The notes under the pieces were generated by a model. The model had not been told where the DNA came from and ran no database searches. It saw only the letters and a program-made list of their open reading frames with translations. Positions 9,392 to 16,077 of a DNA stretch of 16,077 nt are shown here, piece by piece. The stretch lies in NCBI GenBank assembly GCA_036507075.1, contig DASXQR010000104.1, forward strand, positions 1 to 16,077, written 5' to 3'. The translations under genes and the position numbers were made by a program. The stretch's first letter is position 1; the number at the start of each line of letters is the position of its first letter. This DNA comes from Acidobacteriota bacterium. Lineage in GTDB: Bacteria > Acidobacteriota > UBA6911 > JACQSX01.

Positions 9392-11659
9392 ATGTTTGGA
9401 CCCAGAGTTTGCGAGCGTCCGAAGCCCGGGAAGGAACAAGCAAAAGAATGGATGGCGACACTCCAAGGGCGAATCGCCTATTACCACCTCAAAACAAAAC
9501 AATGGTCGGTGCAACGGCTCTGTCGGTTGCGGGAGTTGCTGAAGCAGCACCCCTCTCTTCGCTACTCTTTATTTGCATGCGTGGGATTGCTGGCGTTTTG
9601 TCTGGCTGCCGGAACCTTTGTCCTCACCCAATCTGCGGCGGCAGCAGGAAAGCGGGACATTCAGTCGGTTTCCCGCATGGAAGAGAGCACGAACATTTTC
9701 GATCGGAACGGAAAACTCATTTATCAGTTTCACCAGAAACAGCGGACCGTGGTGCCCTTATCCCAAATCTCCAAAGAAATGCGGGACGCCATCCTTGCGG
9801 TGGAAGATCACAATTTCTATCGGCACTCGGGTTATGAAGGCAGTGCTATCGTTCGCGCCGCCTTTGCCAACCTGGTTTCTGGAAGGGTCACCCAGGGAGG
9901 CAGCACCCTTACGCAGCAACTCGCAAAGAATGTATTTTTGAATTCCGAGCGGTCTTACAGAAGAAAAATCCAGGAATTTTGGCTGGCGCGCAGAATTGAG
10001 CGCAACTACTCCAAAGACCAGATCCTTGAGATGTATGCCAATCGCATTTATTTCGGCTCCGGATACTACGGCGTGGAGGCGGCAGCGCAGGGCTATTTTG
10101 GAAAATCCGCGGCACAGTTGAGTCTGGAAGAAGCCGCCACGCTTGCCGGAATTGCCAAGGCTCCCGGCCTATATTCTCCTCACATCAGTCCTTCTTCGGC
10201 CGGGAAACGTCGCGATTTGGTGCTGAGCGCGATGGCCAGGTGCGGTTTTATCAGCGCCCGGCGCGCCGCGGCGGCAAAACAGCAGCCGCTTGTGGTCAAG
10301 GCTCGGACCGATGACTCCGAAGGCGTCGATTACGCCCTCGACTACGTGAAGGACCAACTGCAAGCGATGTTCGGATACAAAAAGATTTTCAACGGCGGCT
10401 TGCGTGTTTATACCAGTATTGATTCCGCTATGCAGAAAAGCGCTGAAACGGCCGTAGAGCATCATCTGGCTGGAATCGAGCATCAGCGGAGCTTCGCCGC
10501 CGATACTCGCGCGCAGTTTCTGGGGCGCCACAAAAACATCACCGGCGGTGAAGAAAGACCTGACTACCTGCAAGGCGCGCTGGTTTCCATGGATGTTCAC
10601 ACAGGCGAAATCTATGCGCTGGTGGGCGGACGCAATTTCAATGAGAGCAAGTTTAATCGCGCCGCTTACGCCAAGCGCCAGCCCGGTTCGGCCTTCAAGC
10701 CCATCGTTTATGCTGCGGCGCTGCATACGGGAATGACGCCCGCGACAATCATCGATGGCAGCCGTGAAGAGTATTGGACGGGAGATGCGGTGTATCGGCC
10801 CGCCAATGGTCATAGCAGACAGTATGGGTCTGTAACTCTTCGCGTTGCGCTAAGAAACTCGATTAACACTGTCGCAGTCCAAGTGGGGAAACTGCTTGGA
10901 CCGCAAACGATCATCCGCACCGCCCGTGATTTTGGGATGGAAGGGAACCTCCCTCCGGTGCTGTCGTTGCCCCTGGGCACCGGAGAAGTGACCCTGATGG
11001 AAATGGTCAGGGCCTATTCGGCTTTTCCGAACCAGGGGCGAGTGACTCAACCACGCATCATCCGCCGCGTAGAGACCAGAGACGGCCAGGTGCTGTACGA
11101 AGGGCACCCGGTGACACGATACGCCATCGATCCCCAGACTGCGTTCCTGATGACAACGATGCTTACCGACGCCGTGGATTACGGAACCGGAGCCGGTGTG
11201 CGCGGGGCTGGTTTTCGTCTGCCGGCGGGCGGGAAGACAGGAACGACGAATGATTTCCGCGACGCTTGGTTTATCGGCTTTACACCCGACGTGGTGACTG
11301 GCGTCTGGGTGGGTTTTGATGAGCCGCGAAAAATCATCCGCAACGGCTACGGAGCGACCCTTGCAGTTCCCATCTGGGCAGATTTCATGAAACACTGCTT
11401 CAACCGGCCTTCCGTCACGGGATTTTTGATGCCTGCTGGAATCGAGCGAGCCAGTATCTGTGCAGAGAGTGGGCTGCTGGCCACCCCGGCCTGCGACAAC
11501 GTGCATATGGAGTATTTCCCCGGCGGCAGCGTTCCTCAGTCTTCCTGCGATAAACACGGCATAACGGAGCCTTCAATCGATCCGGACACAGGCAACTCTT
11601 CGACCGACCCTAAGGCTGTGTCGATATCGATTTCACGCCTTCCCAAGTCTAGTCAATGA
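9392..11659 (+). CDS. Class A bifunctional penicillin-binding protein (PBP1A family)
   Basis: TM anchor, glycosyltransferase motifs EDHNFYRHSG, GGSTLTQQL and RKIQE, and transpeptidase motifs SAFK, SIN and KTG. AAGGAG RBS supports the ATG at 9392. Confidence 0.96.
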   Translation: MFGPRVCERPKPGKEQAKEWMATLQGRIAYYHLKTKQWSVQRLCRLRELLKQHPSLRYSLFACVGLLAFCLAAGTFVLTQSAAAAGKRDIQSVSRMEESTNIFDRNGKLIYQFHQKQRTVVPLSQISKEMRDAILAVEDHNFYRHSGYEGSAIVRAAFANLVSGRVTQGGSTLTQQLAKNVFLNSERSYRRKIQEFWLARRIERNYSKDQILEMYANRIYFGSGYYGVEAAAQGYFGKSAAQLSLEEAATLAGIAKAPGLYSPHISPSSAGKRRDLVLSAMARCGFISARRAAAAKQQPLVVKARTDDSEGVDYALDYVKDQLQAMFGYKKIFNGGLRVYTSIDSAMQKSAETAVEHHLAGIEHQRSFAADTRAQFLGRHKNITGGEERPDYLQGALVSMDVHTGEIYALVGGRNFNESKFNRAAYAKRQPGSAFKPIVYAAALHTGMTPATIIDGSREEYWTGDAVYRPANGHSRQYGSVTLRVALRNSINTVAVQVGKLLGPQTIIRTARDFGMEGNLPPVLSLPLGTGEVTLMEMVRAYSAFPNQGRVTQPRIIRRVETRDGQVLYEGHPVTRYAIDPQTAFLMTTMLTDAVDYGTGAGVRGAGFRLPAGGKTGTTNDFRDAWFIGFTPDVVTGVWVGFDEPRKIIRNGYGATLAVPIWADFMKHCFNRPSVTGFLMPAGIERASICAESGLLATPACDNVHMEYFPGGSVPQSSCDKHGITEPSIDPDTGNSSTDPKAVSISISRLPKSSQ

Positions 11660-11668
11660 AATGGAGAT

Positions 11669-12349
11669 TTAGTCACTCAGAACTACGTCGGTCAGGAGCG
11701 CTGCGCGCACGACGGTTTTGCCGTTATAGTCGATCAGGCCGAGCTTTCTAAACTTGTTCATGAAATAAGTGACACGCGGGCGGGTAGTGCCGATCATTTC
11801 CGCAAGAATCTCATGACTTACCAGGGGTATTGTGACATCAGGCGTGGCGTTCTCGTTACCCAACCGAGAGAGCTTCAAAAGCGCCCGCGCCAGCCGTTTT
11901 TCACTGTGATTGAAGAGCTGGTCACAGAGATCTTCTTCCAGGGCGATGTTGCGAGCCAGCAGCAGACTGACGAAAGTCTCGGCAAACTCGGGCCGGCTGT
12001 GTATGGCGCGCACCATGGCTGATTTGTCGAGTCGGAATATTTTAGAAGGTTCCAGCGTCTCGGCCGTGCCCATCTGTACAGTCTGGCCGACCAGGCATCC
12101 CTCACCGAAAAACTCTCGCGGCCCCAGCATAAAAAGTGTCGCTTCTTTCCCGGCCGTAGAAACCACGGAAATCTTGACCTTGCCGCTCTCGATAAAAAAC
12201 AGAGCCTCGGCTTGGTCTCCTTGTGAAAAAATTCTTTTGTGGGCGCCAAGATCGAGAGTCGTCTTTCCCTCCCTTACTTTTTTCAGGAGTTTCTCGATAT
12301 AGTGGTGCTGCTTCTTAACTTTTGGCGGTCGGAGTTCTTTAGTCGGCAC
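11669..12349 (-). CDS. Crp/Fnr family transcriptional regulator
   Basis: cNMP-binding fold (IFSQGD, SGKVKI, FFGEGCL) plus HTH (SHEILAEMIGTTRPRVTYFMNKFRKLGLI). GGAG RBS favours the GTG at 12349. Confidence 0.93.
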   Translation of the reverse strand: MPTKELRPPKVKKQHHYIEKLLKKVREGKTTLDLGAHKRIFSQGDQAEALFFIESGKVKISVVSTAGKEATLFMLGPREFFGEGCLVGQTVQMGTAETLEPSKIFRLDKSAMVRAIHSRPEFAETFVSLLLARNIALEEDLCDQLFNHSEKRLARALLKLSRLGNENATPDVTIPLVSHEILAEMIGTTRPRVTYFMNKFRKLGLIDYNGKTVVRAALLTDVVLSD

Positions 12350-12477
12350 CTTAGCGCTCCATGTCCAGCTTGGTTGGTTTCTGGTAGGGCTTAGCAATTA
12401 TCGCCCCGAAACAAGCTCGCGTCAAATATGAACACTGCAGCAAAAAAGCGCAGTGCCGAGCGAAAATTGCAGCCGGA

Positions 12478-12625
12478 ACCGCGAAGGCGCGAAAGCGCGA
12501 AATCAGTGAGATTTACTTGGCTAACCCAAATGTGACTAAGTAATGAAATGGCTGTGGTTCTGACCATCCAGGAAGACTAGAGCAGTTTTTGCTTTCGTGC
12601 TTTCGCGCCTTCTTACGCTCGCGGT
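12478..12625. repeat. Palindromic element of the 8/9-nt family
   Basis: ACCGCGAAGGCGCGAAAGCGCGAAA ... TTTCGTGCTTTCGCGCCTTC[ttacgctc]GCGGT. Confidence 0.7.
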
Positions 12626-12668
12626 ACCGATTTTTTCACCTGCTTAGTGTGCGACCAAAATACGAAGG

Positions 12669-12711
12669 TGTCCATAAGTGAACAGACACCCCTCTTTGAA
12701 GCTTCTAGTAT
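12669..12711 (+). promoter_or_regulatory. Putative class II Crp-family promoter for the GlsB/YeaQ gene
   Basis: TGTCCATAAGTGAACA-GAC (12669-12684) and TAGTAT -10 (12706-12711), giving a site centre of about -41.5. Confidence 0.62.
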
Positions 12712-12858
12712 AGAAGAGGTGTATCTTCTCGGGGCAGGTCAGGGACACCAGATCAATTTCGCAACCGCCCTTGGGGGAAAACGCTAAGTCTTGAAGTCCC
12801 ATCGATTCTCCGACGGGTTTTCAACGCCACGCGAAGTAACACCAGAAGGAGAACAGAA

Positions 12859-13110
12859 ATGTCAATTCTCGCTTGGATCGTCCTGGGCTTGCTGGCTGGA
12901 TTTATCGGCAGCAAGATTGTCAATAAGAGGGGTGAGGGCTTTTTGCTCGACATTGTACTCGGAATCGTGGGTGCAGTTGTCGGCGGTTTCTTATTCAACG
13001 CTCTCGGAGCCGGTGGGGTAAGTGGCTTTAATCTTTACAGCCTGTTTGTTGCTGTGGTGGGCTCGGTTTTACTTTTGGTAGCTTACCACGCCGTCATTCG
13101 ACGGGCGTAA
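12859..13110 (+). CDS. GlsB/YeaQ/YmgE family stress-response membrane protein (transglycosylase-associated)
   Basis: MSILAWIVLGLLAGFIG...DIVLGIVGAVVGG...SLFVAVVGSVLLL. AAGGAG RBS. Confidence 0.95.
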   Translation: MSILAWIVLGLLAGFIGSKIVNKRGEGFLLDIVLGIVGAVVGGFLFNALGAGGVSGFNLYSLFVAVVGSVLLLVAYHAVIRRA

Positions 13111-13112
13111 CT

Positions 13113-13278
13113 AAGAATTTTTGCACCACGAAGGCACAAAGGGCACAAAGTCAGACGAGGGGCAGGTAGAGCCGGGTCAGGTTTCAAAGTCAAAATGTGG
13201 CAGCGTGTTAGTTGACCGGACTCTGCCTCTCCTCGTCTCGCTTTGTGCCCTTTGTGTCTTTGTGGTGGAAACCTCCTG
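13113..13278. repeat. ~165-bp palindromic element, copy 2
   Basis: Same orientation, flank (AAGAATTTTTGCACCAC) and loop (TCAAAGTCAAAATGYGGCARCGTGTTA) as 2360-2530. Lies between convergent genes. Confidence 0.9.
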
Positions 13279-13300
13279 CGCGAATTTATGGAATCAGGTA

Positions 13301-15436
13301 CTAGGCGCTCAAAATACGGAAATCGTGCGTGTGGCCGTCGGGTTCGATGATACGGAACCAGACCTGATGCTTGGGTTTATCTCGCAGGTTCTCCCACGCT
13401 TTTCGGAAACGCTTCGCCTGCCCTGCTGGCGCCAGCACCGGTGATGGCCCGTCGATCACTTCCGCCGAATCGAGCTGCGCAGCAGTGCAGGCGATAGCGT
13501 CGAGAATATTGGAAGAGGGCACGACGAGCAGGTGCACGGGCTTGCCTTCCTTTTCCGCAAGCGCGACCACATGAGTGAACAACAATTGCTTGTGGCTGGT
13601 GAAAAGCCGGTGCTCAGCAATGCCCTGGTACCCGGTGTGGGGTCCTTTTAGAATCTTCACGGTCATCACCACCAGGTCTTTTTTTTCCGCGTCGGCCAGC
13701 TCCAGAGCTTTGCGCATGTGATCGAGTGAGTGGTAATCACGAACAAAACAGAGCGTGTTGCCGGGGCGGATGCCGAGGCTCTCGTTTGACACGCGCTCTT
13801 GCGCGTGGGTCTGGAATTGATCCATCTCGACATGGCCGGCCGCTCCCTCTTTTCGTTCGTTGATGCGCTCCGAGATTACAAAGAGGATAAAAAAGACCAG
13901 CGTGAAGGCCACTCCACTGATCGTTGCCACCTCTTTGGTAATCAGGTTTATTCCGGCTATCGAGAACAGCAGCGTTACGATCACGCCAAGCCCGATCGGA
14001 ATTTCATTGCCGGCCAGATTGATATTGAAGGGGACCTTCCACTCGCGCGGCGATTTGTCTTTGAAGCGCAGTACGATCACCGCCAATCCCTGGAAAGCAA
14101 ATGACCAGACGACGCCGAATGCGTAAGCCTCGCCCAGAACGTAGACGTTGCCGCGCGAGGCAATGATCGTCGCAAGTTGGAAGACCACTATCAGGTTGAT
14201 CATCCGATAGGTGGTGCCGTATTTCTTATGCGGCTCGCGGAACCAATCCGTCAGCACGCCGTCTTCAGAAACTCGGTTGAGGACACCGTTGGATCCGATG
14301 ATTGCTGTGTTCACTGCGCCCGACAGCATAAGAAACCCGACCATCACGATAAAAGCCTGGAAGAGGAGTTTTAACGGCATTGGGCCGATCAGGTGTAAGG
14401 CAATGCCGCTGATCAGGTTGTCGAAATACTGTGGCCGGGCGTTGTCGGGGATTATTGCATAGGCGAAGAACGAGACGAGCGAGGTGAACAGCAGCGAGTA
14501 AACGAAGATGACAAATCCAGCGCGCACCAGGTTTTGGTGCTTAGGGTATTCCAGCTCGCGGTTGACCTGCGCGAGAGATTCCTCGCCGGACATCGCCAGA
14601 AACGAGTGCCCGAAGGCAATCATGATGCCGATCAGCCCCAACAGAGCGCCTGCGTTGGGCGCCAGGCCGTGCAGCGGTTCCGGTGTTGCTTGCTCGGGCG
14701 CGGGCGTCGTGGCTGGAGGGGCGACAATGGTTAGTGGCCGCAGAGCGCCTGGCATGATCTTGGGCAACCACCCGACGGCATCGCGATTGAACGCGAGGTG
14801 GCCCGGCAGGGGCGCGGGCGGCAAGCGCTGCATTGCGGGCTGCGTCAGGATTGTCAACCCGCACCACCCAATCAGCATCACCACCATCACCGTGGTCACA
14901 TACATGATCTTCAGCGCATCGTCCGATGATTCGTGGATGCCTTTCCTGTTCCGCCACCAGAAGTAAAGGGTCACCAACACAGCCAGGGCCGCGGCCAACA
15001 AGTTTATCTTTGCTTTCGAGGGGGCCCACGCATATCCGAAATGGGTGGCCGTCTGTGCAGCCAGGCCGACGACGTACTGGCCTGCCGAAACAGCGGAGAT
15101 CGGCCCCGTCAGAATGTAGTCGAACATCAGGGCGGAAACCGAAAGTTTGGCGAGGGTACCGCCCATCGCCTCTTTGACGACGCGATAGACGCCGCCGCGC
15201 GTGAACATCCCGCAGGATTCGATATAGACGGCCCGCACGGCATAAGAGAAGAGCATCACACCGAAGATGAACCAGGGGGCCGCGCGTCCGACTGCTTGCT
15301 CGGCAATGCCGCCGACGTAGTAAGCCGACGAGCCGAGATCGTTGAGGACGATGGCGGCAGCGCGCCAGAAGGAAATAAACGAGAGCATCACCGATGTGAC
15401 GACAACTACTTTCGTCGCCCGTTTTGCCGGCTTCAT
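13301..15436 (-). CDS. APC-superfamily transporter with cytoplasmic C-terminal domain (KimA-like)
   Basis: About 12 hydrophobic segments, motifs DLGSSAYY, GGVY, DYILTGPIS and SGEES, and a soluble domain of about 180 aa. Confidence 0.9.
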   Translation of the reverse strand: MKPAKRATKVVVVTSVMLSFISFWRAAAIVLNDLGSSAYYVGGIAEQAVGRAAPWFIFGVMLFSYAVRAVYIESCGMFTRGGVYRVVKEAMGGTLAKLSVSALMFDYILTGPISAVSAGQYVVGLAAQTATHFGYAWAPSKAKINLLAAALAVLVTLYFWWRNRKGIHESSDDALKIMYVTTVMVVMLIGWCGLTILTQPAMQRLPPAPLPGHLAFNRDAVGWLPKIMPGALRPLTIVAPPATTPAPEQATPEPLHGLAPNAGALLGLIGIMIAFGHSFLAMSGEESLAQVNRELEYPKHQNLVRAGFVIFVYSLLFTSLVSFFAYAIIPDNARPQYFDNLISGIALHLIGPMPLKLLFQAFIVMVGFLMLSGAVNTAIIGSNGVLNRVSEDGVLTDWFREPHKKYGTTYRMINLIVVFQLATIIASRGNVYVLGEAYAFGVVWSFAFQGLAVIVLRFKDKSPREWKVPFNINLAGNEIPIGLGVIVTLLFSIAGINLITKEVATISGVAFTLVFFILFVISERINERKEGAAGHVEMDQFQTHAQERVSNESLGIRPGNTLCFVRDYHSLDHMRKALELADAEKKDLVVMTVKILKGPHTGYQGIAEHRLFTSHKQLLFTHVVALAEKEGKPVHLLVVPSSNILDAIACTAAQLDSAEVIDGPSPVLAPAGQAKRFRKAWENLRDKPKHQVWFRIIEPDGHTHDFRILSA

Positions 15437-15458
15437 CGGACCTCAGGGAATAAGGCGC

Positions 15459-15899
15459 TTAGCTATTCATGATCTTACGGTATGAGGTGTACAAATCGGA
15501 GAGACGATCTGCGGCAGCAGGATCGCTTCGAGCGAGCAAAGTAATGATCTCATCACGTTTTGTAAACAACGGCTGCACTCCTTCTCTTTGTGCCTGCGTG
15601 AGGACCGAATCGACCCCTCGGTCAATTTCTTCCCGTAAGGTGGTAAAGAAGCGGCTGGCAGCTTGGCGGGCCGGCTCATAATCGCCTCGCCGCGCGTCAA
15701 TTACTGCGGACGCAAGGGCATTCTGCATCCGGATTAAGCTTAATTGGTGGTTTGCCTCAGAAAGGCTGCCGGAGCATTCACGAGCCTTGAGCCACATTGG
15801 TATGAAGCCGAGCAGGAAGACAACGAGCAGCACGGCAGTATAGATGACGAACCGCCGCATCAAATGAGTTGACTGCTTAACTTGCACCTCTTCGCCCAT
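15459..15899 (-). CDS. Single-pass membrane hypothetical protein
   Basis: AAGGAG RBS, one TM helix and a helical soluble domain. Ends 22 bp upstream of the transporter start. Confidence 0.78.
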   Translation of the reverse strand: MGEEVQVKQSTHLMRRFVIYTAVLLVVFLLGFIPMWLKARECSGSLSEANHQLSLIRMQNALASAVIDARRGDYEPARQAASRFFTTLREEIDRGVDSVLTQAQREGVQPLFTKRDEIITLLARSDPAAADRLSDLYTSYRKIMNS

Positions 15900-15939
15900 A
15901 ATGACTCCTTTTGATGAGTGATAACCACAGCAGAGCCTC

Positions 15940-16077
15940 CTAAAGGGCTCGCAAAAATGCGACCAGATCCTTCTTCTCTTGAGCGCTCAACTTCGTCTGA
16001 AGAATCAAGTTGAAGAACTCGACGGTATCATCCAGCGTCAGCAATCTGCCGTCGTGCAGGTAGGGCGGCGAGTCCCT
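15940..16077 (-). CDS. 3' end of a cytochrome c peroxidase (CCP/MauG)-like protein, not in the ORF track
   Basis: Manual translation RDSPPYLHDGRLLTLDDTVEFFNLILQTKLSAQEKKDLVAFLRAL*. PYxHDG and DLVAFLxxL are CCP C-terminal motifs. Confidence 0.85.
   Translation of the reverse strand, partial: RDSPPYLHDGRLLTLDDTVEFFNLILQTKLSAQEKKDLVAFLRAL

Noticed and set aside
12531..12546. TGTGA half-site as a canonical CRP box
   Set aside because: The second half (AATGA) does not match TCACA, and it lies inside a palindromic element core.

Overview
A gene-dense window, probably from an Acidobacteriota-type genome (inferred from gene families only). It holds a 5'-truncated FitA/VapB-VapC toxin-antitoxin pair, a rhodanese, three leftward small or secreted genes, an XRE regulator, groES-groEL, a zinc-ribbon membrane protein coupled to a stand-alone sigma-region-4 HTH, and two secreted proteins. 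Further right are a class A PBP, a Crp/Fnr regulator, a GlsB/YeaQ/YmgE protein, a KimA-like APC transporter and the 3' end of a cytochrome c peroxidase-like gene. The main signal is regulatory. The XRE protein ends in a domain that aligns by eye with the protease-cleaved dimerisation domain of Deinococcus DdrO. An 18-bp palindrome, TTAAY-N8-RTTAA, occurs eight times, only in intergenic DNA, and lies over promoters of the XRE gene, its divergent neighbours, groESL (which has no CIRCE) and the PBP. A second motif, TGTCCAT-N3-TGAAC-W-GAC, occurs twice at the -41.5 class II position and is the likely site of the local Crp. Five intergenic palindromic elements share an 8/9-nt repeat grammar, and two of them are copies of one ~165-bp element.
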